This document shows positions 10,467 to 21,587 of a DNA stretch of 64,000 nucleotides, one piece after another. Below the pieces are notes generated by a model, which saw only the letters and a program-made list of their open reading frames with translations, was not told where the DNA came from and did not search any database. The position numbers and the translations under genes are program-made. The stretch spans positions 124,001-188,000 of IMG/VR virus record IMGVR_UViG_3300042540_001399, one strand, 5' to 3'. The first letter of the stretch is position 1. Each line of letters starts with the position of its first letter.

Positions 10467-11600
10467 ATGGAAAATTTAAATAGTGTATGTTATGTTGGTT
10501 TTATAGGTGAAGTTCTATCAATAGAAGGCGCAGATAACATAGAATTGGTCTTAGTTAGTGGATGGCAAGCAATTACAAAAAAAGGTGAATACCAGGTTGG
10601 GGATAAGGTTGTAATTGCAACCACTGATGCTGTGATCCCAAAGGATTTATCTGATCTTATGCAGGTGACTAGCTACCTTCGTAAAGGTCAGCGAGTTAGA
10701 ACCGTTAAACTTCGTGGGGTATATTCTGAATGTTTGTTAATACCGTTTAAGTACTTGGCACCAGAGTCTTTAGAGACAAATGTTGAAGAAGGTCACGACA
10801 TGATGGGTATCTTAGGTATCACTAAATACGAACCTCCTGTTAAGATGGTTGAGATGAGTGTTGGTGGTAGAAAAATAAAATATCACCAAAACCCAAACTT
10901 CCATGTTTACTACAAGTTTCCTAACTTGAAGAATGTTCCTGAGTTATTTACTGAAGAAGATAAGGTATCTATAACTAGAAAAATTCATGGTACAAACGCA
11001 AGATACGGTATTGTTAAAAAGAAAAAAATTACAATTATTGATCGTATAAAAAAGTTTTTTGGTAATGAATGGGCATTTTACGAATATGTTTACGGATCTC
11101 ACAACGTTGAAAAAGGTTCTGATTCGCAAGGTTTCTATTCTACCGATGTTTGGAGAACAATTGCTGAAAAATACGAAATTAAACAAAAACTTTGGAAATA
11201 TGTGAAATCTTATTATAGTCATAGAACATTTAAAAGTGGAATTATTATTTACGGTGAAATTTACGGACACGGAATTCAAAAAAATTACGATTATGGATTA
11301 CAAGAAATAAAATTTGTTGGATTTGATGTCGAAGTAGATGGTGAATACAAAAGTTTTTTTACTGAAAGAGGTATATTTGAAAGTTTGTCTTTACCTACGG
11401 TGGAACTTTTGTACACAGGATATTGGTCTAAAGAAAAACAAGACAAGTATGTGTTTGGAAATTTTATCGAAGGAACTAAAATTCCGCACGAAGGTATTGT
11501 TGTTAAGTGTTTAAGTGGTGATCGTCACAAAGTGGCAAAAGTTATAAATCCTGATTACTTAATCTACGGAGAAAAAAATAATGTTGGTGACTCCCATTGA
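10467..11600 (+). CDS. ATP-dependent RNA ligase, DRB0094/Rnl5-like (N-terminal OB module)
   Basis: Motif I KIHGTN; YGE, FDV, EGIV and AKVIN; N-terminal IEGADNIE...LRGVYSE. Confidence 0.85.
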   Translation: MENLNSVCYVGFIGEVLSIEGADNIELVLVSGWQAITKKGEYQVGDKVVIATTDAVIPKDLSDLMQVTSYLRKGQRVRTVKLRGVYSECLLIPFKYLAPESLETNVEEGHDMMGILGITKYEPPVKMVEMSVGGRKIKYHQNPNFHVYYKFPNLKNVPELFTEEDKVSITRKIHGTNARYGIVKKKKITIIDRIKKFFGNEWAFYEYVYGSHNVEKGSDSQGFYSTDVWRTIAEKYEIKQKLWKYVKSYYSHRTFKSGIIIYGEIYGHGIQKNYDYGLQEIKFVGFDVEVDGEYKSFFTERGIFESLSLPTVELLYTGYWSKEKQDKYVFGNFIEGTKIPHEGIVVKCLSGDRHKVAKVINPDYLIYGEKNNVGDSH

Positions 11601-11616
11601 TGGGGTCACCTTTTTT
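11586..11616 (+). terminator. Intrinsic terminator
   Basis: GGTGACTCCA/TGGGGTCACC-type stem plus T tract. Confidence 0.7.
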
Positions 11617-11672
11617 ACTTATAATTAAAAACAAACTATAATGGGAGAAGAAAACGACCAAAATAAAATAAA

Positions 11673-12638
11673 ATGGGAATTAAAAAAATTAAAAAAGAAA
11701 ATGATCAATTAAATTTAAATTTAATTGAAATGTTGGGGGCTTTTGATACAAGTAAAACAAAAAAATACACTCAATTCTTAATCAAAGTTTTGAACAAAAG
11801 AATAAAAGAGTATGAAAATTACCCTCAACTTGTAGAAAATGAAAATGTTATTGATAAAATTTTACCTTTGAATTCTTGGAAAAATTTACAGATTAGGAAT
11901 TATGTTTGTGATTTTTTATTTTCTTGGAATCAAATGAAAACTTTCATTGAATTTTGTGAATTAATGGAAAAAGGGTTAATTGAAGAAAATGACATCAGTA
12001 AATACGATTCATGGGAAATGTTAGAACATAATCTTTTTTATGCTAAAAATAAAGAAATGTTTAAAAAATCAAAAAAAGACATTAAGGTTATATTCGAAGA
12101 TGAAAAGTATCTGATTTTCAAACCAACAAGTTATTTGGCATCATGTTCCTATGGTTATCAAACTAAATGGTGTACCGCAATGGTGAATGATCCAGATTAT
12201 TTTTATCGTCACAGTCACAATGGTATTTTAATTTATTTGATTGATAAAAAAGAAAATAAAAAGTTTGCGTTTTATAAAAGAGTTTCTGATAATGATGTGG
12301 ATGATCATGAACAGTATATTTTTAAAACTTTCAATCAGCAAGATAAACAAATAGATACTATTCAAACAGGATTACCTGTTGAAATATTGAAAGTAATAAT
12401 GTTAGAAATGGACATTACGAACCCGACTAACTTACCAAATTATAAATTATTTTCTGAAGATGAAATTTCAAAAATGAAATATTACATCAACTTGAATGAA
12501 GAAGTTACTGAAAATGTAACACGACCACGTTTTAGAAATATATACCGAAGGTTAGAAGTTCTAAGAAACAATGAAGAGATTAATGAAGCTGAAATTGTTT
12601 CAGAATCTGAAGAAAATGTTGAAAACACATCAATTTAA
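11673..12638 (+). CDS. YGxxTKWC-motif protein, paralog 2
   Basis: FKPTSYLASCSYGYQTKWCTA...LIYLIDK. Confidence 0.65.
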   Translation: MGIKKIKKENDQLNLNLIEMLGAFDTSKTKKYTQFLIKVLNKRIKEYENYPQLVENENVIDKILPLNSWKNLQIRNYVCDFLFSWNQMKTFIEFCELMEKGLIEENDISKYDSWEMLEHNLFYAKNKEMFKKSKKDIKVIFEDEKYLIFKPTSYLASCSYGYQTKWCTAMVNDPDYFYRHSHNGILIYLIDKKENKKFAFYKRVSDNDVDDHEQYIFKTFNQQDKQIDTIQTGLPVEILKVIMLEMDITNPTNLPNYKLFSEDEISKMKYYINLNEEVTENVTRPRFRNIYRRLEVLRNNEEINEAEIVSESEENVENTSI

Positions 12639-12974
12639 TTATAATATTATATGAAAAAAGTAGAAATAAAAGTTAGGTTTGCTAATGAAAGTAATTACTA
12701 CAATAAAATAACTATTGACCCCCAAAAAATAGAAACCCCAACAATCCTGAATAAAGAAGTTTTTTTTACAATTGACGGTATAAGAGTTGCGACTAAATCA
12801 GAAGATTGGGAACAAATAAAAAAATTAATTAATTAATATGAAAAAATTGGATACATTTTTAACATTTGTTTTTTTAATAAATGTAATAGGATCATTTTTT
12901 ATGAGTGATTTGTTTGGTACTTTAGGATGGAGCTGTGCTTTACTAACACAATTAAGAATTAAAGAACTATTTTA

Positions 12975-13406
12975 ATGAGATATCATGCTAATTTTTATGT
13001 AAACAGATTAGTTTCTGAATGGTTAGAAAATGATAAGATAATCATTGCTTGTGATTTAGATGATACTATCATACCCAAAAACAATGAAATAAAGACAAAC
13101 TGTGATAAGATGGTAAAACTTATCCTTGATTGTCAAAAAGAAGGTATTATATTTCTAATTAACACTGCTAGAAGTAAAGAACAGTTAAAAACTGTAAAAG
13201 AAGAAGTTGAAAATCTTGGAATAAAAGTACATGGTGTGAATGAGATGCATCCCGAATGGAATAAAGACTATGGTGTAAATGGAAAGTTGTATGCTAACAT
13301 TTTTTTAGATGATCGTGGAGGTTTTTGGGATTCATATTGGACACTATTTACAACTTTAACACATGTAAAAATTAACAGAAAAAAAATATCAACAAGTAAT
13401 GATTGA
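12975..13406 (+). CDS. HAD-superfamily phosphatase-like protein
   Basis: CDLDDT, NTAR, K and FLDDR motifs. Confidence 0.75.
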   Translation: MRYHANFYVNRLVSEWLENDKIIIACDLDDTIIPKNNEIKTNCDKMVKLILDCQKEGIIFLINTARSKEQLKTVKEEVENLGIKVHGVNEMHPEWNKDYGVNGKLYANIFLDDRGGFWDSYWTLFTTLTHVKINRKKISTSND

Positions 13407-14028
13407 TAATTATGAAATATTAGAAAACGGTCTTATTAGACAAATTAAAATATTGGATAAAATACAAAGTTATGATTTCCAATACGTTGACGAAAGATAT
13501 AATAAATATGGCGAAAAGGGCCCGCAAATGGCCGGTTTACGACTTGGTTATTTAATAGGTAATCTTGGTTATATTCCTAAATCTATTTTAGATATTGGAT
13601 ATGGTAATGGTGATTTTTTAAAAGTAACAGAACAGGGAATTGAATCATATGGAAATGACATTTCAGGATATCCAATCCCAACGGGATCCAAGTTTGTTAA
13701 TAATATTTTTGATAAACACTATGATGTTATCTGTATGTTCGATGTACTTGAACATTTTGAAGATATTTCATTCGTTAAGGACTTAAGTTGTGATTATATA
13801 TATATAAGTTTACCTTGGTGTCATAATTTTTCTGATGATTGGTTTGAAAATTGGAAACATAGAAGACCAGACGAACATTTGTGGCATTTCAATGAAACAT
13901 CCATAACTAATTTTTTTAAAGAAATGGGATTTGAATTAGTAATACATTCAAACGTTGAAGATATAATAAGAAAGTCAACAGATAATAACCCAAATATATT
14001 AACTTGTTTATTCAAAAAGACAAAATGA
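13399..14028 (+). CDS. Class I SAM-dependent methyltransferase
   Basis: ILDIGYGNG, FDVLEH and EHLWHF motifs. Confidence 0.8.
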   Translation: MIDNYEILENGLIRQIKILDKIQSYDFQYVDERYNKYGEKGPQMAGLRLGYLIGNLGYIPKSILDIGYGNGDFLKVTEQGIESYGNDISGYPIPTGSKFVNNIFDKHYDVICMFDVLEHFEDISFVKDLSCDYIYISLPWCHNFSDDWFENWKHRRPDEHLWHFNETSITNFFKEMGFELVIHSNVEDIIRKSTDNNPNILTCLFKKTK

Positions 14029-14957
14029 GATTTGGATTCAAAATATCTGGATGTTTTGGAGATGTCTTATATTCAACACCAGTATTAAAATATCTCAGTC
14101 AGTGTCACCAAGATAAATTGGATGTTGAAACAAATTATCCTGAAATATTTGAAAATAATCCTTATGTTGGTTTGATTTATAATCCTGAAAAAGGTGAAAT
14201 TATGCCTCATGATCAAATTTTTTATGATTGTAATGGTCACAATTTTGGTGACATACAAAAACAAATAAGAAAAATGCATTTAACTGATTATTGGTCAACT
14301 CATTTAGGATTTATTTTATCTCCCAAAGAAAAAACAATTGAATATTATCCATCCGAAATTGATTTTGAATTACCTGAAAGTAATTATGTGGTTATAAATC
14401 CATCAAAAACATGGGAATGTAGAACTTGGTCAAAAGAAAATTGGGAAAGACTTACAGAAAAAATATTGAATTTGGGAATCAAGGTTGTAGTTACTGGTAA
14501 AAACATTGTTTACGGAGATAATGATCAAAAAACATTTTTAAAAGTTGATAATTCAAATGTCATCAATTTGGTCGATAAACTTAACCTATCACAACTTTGG
14601 CACCTACTACAAAATAGTTTAATGGTCATAACAATGAACGCTGGTTTGCTACCTTTTGCAGGTTCTACAGACTGTAATATCTTACAACTTGGCGGAGCTA
14701 TCGACCCAAGTTATAGAACTCCATTCAGACATGGTACACAAGATTATAAACATAAATTTATTGGTGGGTCTTGTAAGTTACTTTGTCAATCAGATATGAA
14801 ATATAATGTTTTAGAGGACAAAAAAATAACAAGATGGAATGGATATCGATCACCTGGTTGTTATGAAAATAAACCAACTTTCGAATGTCATCCATCCGTA
14901 AACGGGGTTTTTAATGAAGTTTTAGAAATTTTAAAAAATGAAAAAAAAATATATTGA
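14025..14957 (+). CDS. Glycosyltransferase family 9-like (heptosyltransferase fold)
   Basis: FGDVLYSTP, NPYV, RTWSKENW and INLVDKLNL; start moved to 14025. Confidence 0.7.
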   Translation: MRFGFKISGCFGDVLYSTPVLKYLSQCHQDKLDVETNYPEIFENNPYVGLIYNPEKGEIMPHDQIFYDCNGHNFGDIQKQIRKMHLTDYWSTHLGFILSPKEKTIEYYPSEIDFELPESNYVVINPSKTWECRTWSKENWERLTEKILNLGIKVVVTGKNIVYGDNDQKTFLKVDNSNVINLVDKLNLSQLWHLLQNSLMVITMNAGLLPFAGSTDCNILQLGGAIDPSYRTPFRHGTQDYKHKFIGGSCKLLCQSDMKYNVLEDKKITRWNGYRSPGCYENKPTFECHPSVNGVFNEVLEILKNEKKIY

Positions 14958-15561
14958 TAGAATAGAACTTGTTAAGGATTTAGATACTTTTTATCCAAAA
15001 GGGAAAGGTGTTGAACTAGGTTCTTTTAAAGGGGAATTTGCTAAAATTATTTCAGAAAATTGGAGTGGTAAACTTTATCTTATAGATGTTTGGAGACCAT
15101 TAGATTTTGACGAATATGACGACACATCTAACCATTTTAATCATTCAGACGCTTATAGAACCTGTATTGATAATTTAAAAGGTTATGAAAATAAAACATT
15201 TATGTTACGGATGGATGGAAACGAAGGGTCTAAACTATTTTCAGATGAATCATTAGATTTTGTTTATATTGATGCCAATCACACTTATGAATCGGTGAAA
15301 AATGATTTAGAAATTTGGTATCGTAAAGTTAAATCAGGTGGAATGATTATGGGTCATGATTATTTACCTGATTATTTTTATGAAGGTAAAGAAGGGAAGG
15401 ATCAAGCTCTTTACACTTTTCCGAATGGAAAACCTGAAGAAGCTAAATACGCGGGCATGTTCGGTGTAAATCCGGCGGTTAATGAATTTTGTGAAAAAAA
15501 TGATTATGAACTTAACAAAACTGAAGAATTTTTGGCTACATGGTGGTTCGTTAAAAAGTAA
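14938..15561 (+). CDS. Methyltransferase (Methyltransf_24-like)
   Basis: GVELGSFKG, FVYIDANHTY and GHDY motifs. Confidence 0.8.
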   Translation: MKKKYIDRIELVKDLDTFYPKGKGVELGSFKGEFAKIISENWSGKLYLIDVWRPLDFDEYDDTSNHFNHSDAYRTCIDNLKGYENKTFMLRMDGNEGSKLFSDESLDFVYIDANHTYESVKNDLEIWYRKVKSGGMIMGHDYLPDYFYEGKEGKDQALYTFPNGKPEEAKYAGMFGVNPAVNEFCEKNDYELNKTEEFLATWWFVKK

Positions 15562-15566
15562 TTGAA

Positions 15567-16703
15567 ATGAAAAAAATACCCATAGTTTTACATTGTACTG
15601 AAAATTATCTGAAAAATTCTTTGAATCTGATTAAATCGCTCCAATCATTCCACGACGACCTTATTTACTATCTTTATACTGTAAATTTTTTATACGAAAG
15701 TAATGATGAAGATATTGTAAGTATATACTACAATAAAACAGGTATAGAAAATAGTATGTCATTTGTTGGAAATAAAAATGATACTGCTAACTTAAACATG
15801 TTTAAATCTGTTTTCTTGAAAAGTGAAATAATTTTGGACTCATTAATCAATCAAAAGTTAGATCAGGCAATTTACATTGATTCAGACATGATACCAACTG
15901 GGAATATTTCGTATTTGTTTCAATTTTTTACTGAATTAGAAGATTACCCCTTAATCCAAAAAGGTTTGTTTGAATATCAAATAAACTATGGTAGGGGAAA
16001 TCCGTTTCATAACGGGGGATTTGATAAAACAAATATTTTAGAATTTCCTCTTATGGATTTATCTTACGTTCCTATTGAAAATAGAAGTCATTATTCGGTA
16101 TCATCAATTATGATCTATAATCAAAAATGTTTACAATTTATTAGAGAATATGATTTTATAAATAAATTATCCAACAAATTAGATATAGAAAAAATCAAAT
16201 ATTATTTTCCATTTAGTGATGAAACAACAATCAATGTATTGTTATGGAAATACAAATTTGACAAAAGGTTACCCACCCTTCAAATGAACATTGACACATT
16301 AGAAAACGTAATTGAATTTTATGAATCAAATAATGACAGTGAAAAAGAAATTAGTCCATTTATCAGAGTACCTGACAAAAAAAATCGTAAGAACATACTT
16401 TTTTTTCACGGAGTCAAAGGAGAACTTTCAAATAAATTATCTAATTACCAAAGTGAAATATTTGATTTTAAAATAGATTTTATTCAGAATAAAATTTTCA
16501 TTTTAAGTAATTGCGATTTCCAAAGGGTGTTAAAATTTGTCGTGTTTGATCAAAATAAAGAAGTATATACCTTTGAAAGTTACATTAGTAAAAATGAAGA
16601 ATATTGGGTTTCCACTAATAAACTTCTGATTGACTATCAAAAAATAAAAATAAAAATTTTTGATGAAGACAAACTAATTTATAATTATGAAAATATTGGG
16701 TAA
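15567..16703 (+). CDS. GT-A fold glycosyltransferase (GT8-like)
   Basis: IYIDSD DxD motif, SDETTIN and FFHG. Confidence 0.6.
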   Translation: MKKIPIVLHCTENYLKNSLNLIKSLQSFHDDLIYYLYTVNFLYESNDEDIVSIYYNKTGIENSMSFVGNKNDTANLNMFKSVFLKSEIILDSLINQKLDQAIYIDSDMIPTGNISYLFQFFTELEDYPLIQKGLFEYQINYGRGNPFHNGGFDKTNILEFPLMDLSYVPIENRSHYSVSSIMIYNQKCLQFIREYDFINKLSNKLDIEKIKYYFPFSDETTINVLLWKYKFDKRLPTLQMNIDTLENVIEFYESNNDSEKEISPFIRVPDKKNRKNILFFHGVKGELSNKLSNYQSEIFDFKIDFIQNKIFILSNCDFQRVLKFVVFDQNKEVYTFESYISKNEEYWVSTNKLLIDYQKIKIKIFDEDKLIYNYENIG

Positions 16704-16732
16704 TATAAAATGTTAATTCAATATTTATATTT

Positions 16733-17362
16733 ATGAAATTTTTATTGAAAGAATCACAAATTGACAGTTTATCAAAAGAAATATTAAAATCTGTAAATAA
16801 CATAGGTTATTTTGATACTTTATTAAGATACAAATTTCCATTTAAAGCCGCAAGTATATTTTTAAAACCAAAAAATAAAGAATATTTCACCCCGAAGGAA
16901 TTAACTGAAATAATGTATTATTATGTTTTTTATGCAAAACAAATACCTAGCAGAATAGAATATAAAAATTTTATTATTGAAAACAGGGAAACCGATTCTG
17001 AAGGTTTTTATTGGGACACGGACATAATAAAAAATCCAAAAAAAAAGTCATTAACTGAAACTTGTTTTGGATATGCCCAACCATTTTGGGAAGACAAAAA
17101 AATTAGTTATTTTGGTAATTTAACCCAAATGCTTTTAGTCGCTCGATTTGATTTCTATACTAAAGGTGATTGGGCTGATCCTGATGAAGAATACATCGAA
17201 GAAGATAAATTTTCCAAAAGTTACCAATTTGATATGTCAGGTCTAAAGTTTAGAACCTTGGATGAAGCAAAAAATTGGTATTTGAATGATTACCCAAAAT
17301 TAGTAGTTGAATTTGCAAATGATTTTTTTGAAAGTGCAAGAACTTTTGAGGAAAATAACTGA
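16733..17362 (+). CDS. Leader-bearing hypothetical protein, paralog of 63560
   Basis: MKFLLKESQI; FDTLLRY and AQPFWE match YETLRRY and ATPYWD in 63560; TATTTAT at 16722. Confidence 0.6.
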   Translation: MKFLLKESQIDSLSKEILKSVNNIGYFDTLLRYKFPFKAASIFLKPKNKEYFTPKELTEIMYYYVFYAKQIPSRIEYKNFIIENRETDSEGFYWDTDIIKNPKKKSLTETCFGYAQPFWEDKKISYFGNLTQMLLVARFDFYTKGDWADPDEEYIEEDKFSKSYQFDMSGLKFRTLDEAKNWYLNDYPKLVVEFANDFFESARTFEENN

Positions 17363-17407
17363 TTATTTTATTTGTAAAATTACTTTTTGTTTATTATATT
17401 TACATCC

Positions 17408-17992
17408 ATGAAGATAATCTTTTTAGATAACGACGGTGTAATTTGTCTTTCTACTAATTGGGGGGGACGAACAAAAAAATGGGCGAAATACCGTTCAGCA
17501 AATCCCGACAGTAGTAGGGAAAAGAAAGACGCCCCTGTATTTGTTCGATTTGACGACTTTGATAAAAAGGCGATTAAGATTCTTAATGAGATAATTGAAG
17601 AAACAGGTTGTGAGATTGTTGTAAGTTCTGATTGGAAGTTACATGCGACATTAGAAGAACTTGGGGATTACTACGAAAGTCAGGGAATAATCAAACGTCC
17701 AGTTGCCGTAACACCAAACATTCAAAATTGTACCGTTCATGGTAATTTATTCATATGGTCACCACGATGGGATTTAGAACAAACAAGAACTATTGAGATC
17801 AGACAATACCTACACGATCATCCTGAAGTAACACACTGGGTTTCAGTTGATGATTTGAACATGGGTAAGATTGGTGAACCATGGAAAGACGAATGGGCGA
17901 TTGATAACTTTGTTCTTACATCAAGATCAAGTGAAGGAATTAAACAATCTGGTGTTAAAGAAAAAATAATTAAATATTTGAAAAATGACTAA
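17408..17992 (+). CDS. HAD domain protein, RNA-repair (Swiss Army Knife) type
   Basis: IIFLDNDGV, VVSSDWK, R..EI..YL and WVSVDD; start moved to 17408. Confidence 0.75.
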   Translation: MKIIFLDNDGVICLSTNWGGRTKKWAKYRSANPDSSREKKDAPVFVRFDDFDKKAIKILNEIIEETGCEIVVSSDWKLHATLEELGDYYESQGIIKRPVAVTPNIQNCTVHGNLFIWSPRWDLEQTRTIEIRQYLHDHPEVTHWVSVDDLNMGKIGEPWKDEWAIDNFVLTSRSSEGIKQSGVKEKIIKYLKND

Positions 17993-18368
17993 GGAAGAAA
18001 TGAATGATTATCTTGAGTCCATAGGTGGACTTGAGAATGGTTTTTATTTGGATAGACCTCCGATAAAAGATTGTGGTTTTTTTAGTGTTAACAGTGGATG
18101 GTATCCATTAATTAAAGATCTAATAAATGATCTGATAAAGTTAGGTTGGAACAAACAAGTTTGTCAAGTGAAAGAAAAGTTTGGTGGTTTAAGATTCTAT
18201 ATAAATGAAGGTTCGGAAGAAATACACAACAGAATCTCAAACGCCGAAAAACTTAGTTACGAAATATGTGAATTATGTGGTCAAAAGGGTGAATTAAGAA
18301 CCAAAATAAGATGGTTCACAACTTTATGTGATGAACACTTTGAAAAAAAACATCAACCATTTATATGA
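17985..18368 (+). CDS. Conserved phage protein with zinc ribbon
   Basis: QVKEKFGGLRFY; CELCG...TLCDEH. Confidence 0.65.
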   Translation: MTKEEMNDYLESIGGLENGFYLDRPPIKDCGFFSVNSGWYPLIKDLINDLIKLGWNKQVCQVKEKFGGLRFYINEGSEEIHNRISNAEKLSYEICELCGQKGELRTKIRWFTTLCDEHFEKKHQPFI

Positions 18369-19672
18369 AATGAAAAGTATTTGGCAAATATTCAAGGGAA
18401 ATGAGCATTTGATGGATTTAGCTCCTGTAGAAGAACTTATAGACTATACTCAAGAACTTGAAGGACAAGTAATGGAAAAAAAAATTGAAAATAACTATGA
18501 TAAACAACATATGTTAAAATCGATGTTATCTGATATATTAACAAGTTGTAAGGAATATGAAGAAAATAAATTACTACAAGACAGATATCCTGAAATTTAT
18601 CAAAAAATGGAAGCGGATACTTTAGTTAAAAACTTAATGGATTATATTATAACTATGAATGCTAAAAATGATTTGAGGTTGTGAAAGAAATTATTATAAG
18701 TGAAAATTGTTTTGGTCCTGATGTTTTAATTGATCAAGAAAGTTTATTTGTTCATAAATATGAAAACAGGGATCTGAAAAAAATTGATAATATAAAAAAA
18801 ATTTTAATAAAAGAGTTAAATGAGTTGAGAAATGATTTGACTATAAATGATTGGACTAAAATATTAGAAATAATAATTGATAAGCCCAATAAATATGAAT
18901 ATGATGTAGATAACTCGACTGAAATAAAAAACTGTGAACAATGTGGAAATTGGAATCATAAATATGTTTTTAAAAAAATAAAATGAGAAAAACTGTAAAA
19001 TTATTTAATATAAACAATGAAAATTATTTAGTTTCAGCCGACCCAATCAAAGTTGGTGATTTGGCGGTTGTGACAGTTGGTGGTGAATATCCAAATATAG
19101 TTAAGTGTGAAAATGAAATGGTTTTGAATTTGATTACAGATTCTAAACTTTCCCTAACTAAAGCATTCAAAGTTGTTGCAGAACCGAATCAGTTAGATCT
19201 TTCGATTGATGAACTATCAAAAATAGAAGAAAATCAATGGTTTTGTTTGATTGAAGAAGACGAAAGTGAACTTGATGAAAGAAAAGATTGGGGGTTTTCT
19301 TTACCAACAACTAAAAAAGTTAAAGTCATAGTAGAATAAAATGTCAGAATTATCTATTTTAACACCGAAAGGTTACGGAAAAGTTGATCGAATTTTTTTA
19401 TCAGAATTAGGTTTTTTTATGTTGAAAATTAGTTTTGAAAATGGTACATTTACAACATATAACCTCGGAAAACATAATATAGATGATAATATTTTTACAA
19501 ATGAATTAATGATTTATGAAGAAAAAGAAAATTAAAATTTTAGTGGATGGTAAAATAGTTTCGGCAAAAATCGAAAATGACTTCCATTATTTAGGTGGAA
19601 AAAAAGTAGTTTATGTATTACCAAATAATGTTACTGGTAACACTTCTTTAGAATTAACAAAAATAGTCGAAG

Positions 19673-19930
19673 ATGAAAAAGTTAATTAGTTTTTTATTTT
19701 TAACTATTGTTTTTTATTCTTGTGAATTCAAACAATATAGATATGAAATTAAAGGTAAAGTTTACATACCAACAGGTGGTGTAAGTGGATTACATGATGC
19801 GGTTTGGTTTACTGACACAATAAGTTTTGATGGTGATACCGCTTATTATTTCAATAGTGACGGAAGCGAAGTCAGAATCCAACCACCATTCACAATTATC
19901 GATCATTCATCCAAAACCCAAAAAAAATGA
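19673..19930 (+). CDS. Putative lipoprotein
   Basis: MKK, hydrophobic core, FYS-C lipobox. Confidence 0.6.
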   Translation: MKKLISFLFLTIVFYSCEFKQYRYEIKGKVYIPTGGVSGLHDAVWFTDTISFDGDTAYYFNSDGSEVRIQPPFTIIDHSSKTQKK

Positions 19931-20145
19931 AATACTTTTATCTACTGTTACTTTTAGTTTTATTTTCTTGTGTGCCAAAGTACAAATACAAAATAATTAA
20001 TTCCAAAGGGGATAAATTTTATTGTAACTTCTATAACGAAACGAGTCAAGGATGTATACTTTTTAATAAAAACCCTGGTTTGAATAATACACCAGGAGAA
20101 CCATTCATTATTTGTGGTAATTACAAAATTGAAAAATTGAAATGA
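19927..20145 (+). CDS. Putative lipoprotein
   Basis: Hydrophobic core and LFS-C lipobox. Confidence 0.6.
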   Translation: MKYFYLLLLLVLFSCVPKYKYKIINSKGDKFYCNFYNETSQGCILFNKNPGLNNTPGEPFIICGNYKIEKLK

Positions 20146-21587
20146 AGAAAATAAAAATAGACCCAAAAAAAGTTATTAAAACTGAACCAAAAATGGTTAA
20201 ACAAGGGGCAGATGCCGGGATTTTATTGGTAATGATATTAGGATTTTTGTTAGGAATGACATTGATATCTTTATAAAAAATGAGTTTTGACAAAAAAATA
20301 TTAAACCTTAGTAGAACAATTTATCAAACTTCGATTATGTCACATGGTACAAAAGAAGATCCATCAAAACAAATTGAACAGATAAAAAATTTGATCAGAG
20401 AATTTATAAGGGTTGAAGTGGTTCCATATGAACTTACTGATTCTGAAAAAATGTCTTTTATCCTTAAAAATGAAATGAATATTTGTGAAGCGATATCCAA
20501 GGGACATAAAGCAACAGATCAGGATGAATTTGCTGAAGTTAGAAAAAAAATAAATAAGTACAGAAAAGATTTAAAATTAATATGAGTGCAAACAAAATAC
20601 CACATCTTTCAGACGATTTACAAAATGGACCAGATGGTGTATTCGAAGACCAAAATGGAAAAAACCCTTTAATTGGTTTAGATAGATATCACTACAATGA
20701 TGAAGATATGTCAATTTGGGATAATACTTTAAGAGATGGATTAGAAGATTTTGAAGTTTACGAAACAATTCAAAAAATAAGAAACTATTATAATGGTCAT
20801 CACAATATTGATGGAAGGCCACCATCTAAAAAAGATTTCAATGATTATCTTGATTCATTACAAAAAGTTTAAGATATTTAAAATAAAAAAAAACAATGAC
20901 AGAAAAAGAACTAACCCTTTTGGGATTCAAAATGGAAGAAATCAAAGAATATGATGAAGATAAGTCTTACTATTACGTATTAGACATTGTTGATGGATTA
21001 ACATTGATTACACCAACTAACGAAGAAATAAAAAATAATGATTGGCATGTAGATTTTTTCGATACCGAACCTTTAGTACGATTCAAAAACTTTGGCGAAT
21101 TACAGGCATTGATAAATCAATTAACTAACGCAATTGTAAAATAAAACTCATGAACGATAAAAGAGAACTCCAAGGTAAACTTATGGATAATCATAGAAGA
21201 ATTCTTAATGAAATATCCGATATAAAATCCAAAAATTATGAATTATCACAAGAAGATAAGTTAAAAATTCAGGAATTGGAAAAACAACTCAAGTTGGTTG
21301 CAGGTAGTCTTTACAATCTTTATAAACAATAAAATGTCTGATTTTGGTAAAGTAAAAATATGGATTGAAAAAGTTATTTTATCTTGTAAAACTTGGGACC
21401 AAATAATCACTTCAGAAAAACTTGTAAATAATTTCCAAAAACAAATGGAAATTGACAACTTCGATAAAATGTTATTAGAACCTTACTTAATCCATTTACA
21501 AAATCTTATTCACCTACAAAAAAAAGAAATATTTCAAAAAACTATAGTAAGTAACTTTAATTAATTTTTTTCTTTTATATTTGTGTT

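Larger units (their letters stand above)
18370..21564 (+). other. Run of about 12 small hypothetical ORFs
   Basis: Tightly packed, overlapping start/stop codons; no recognisable catalytic motifs. Confidence 0.6.
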
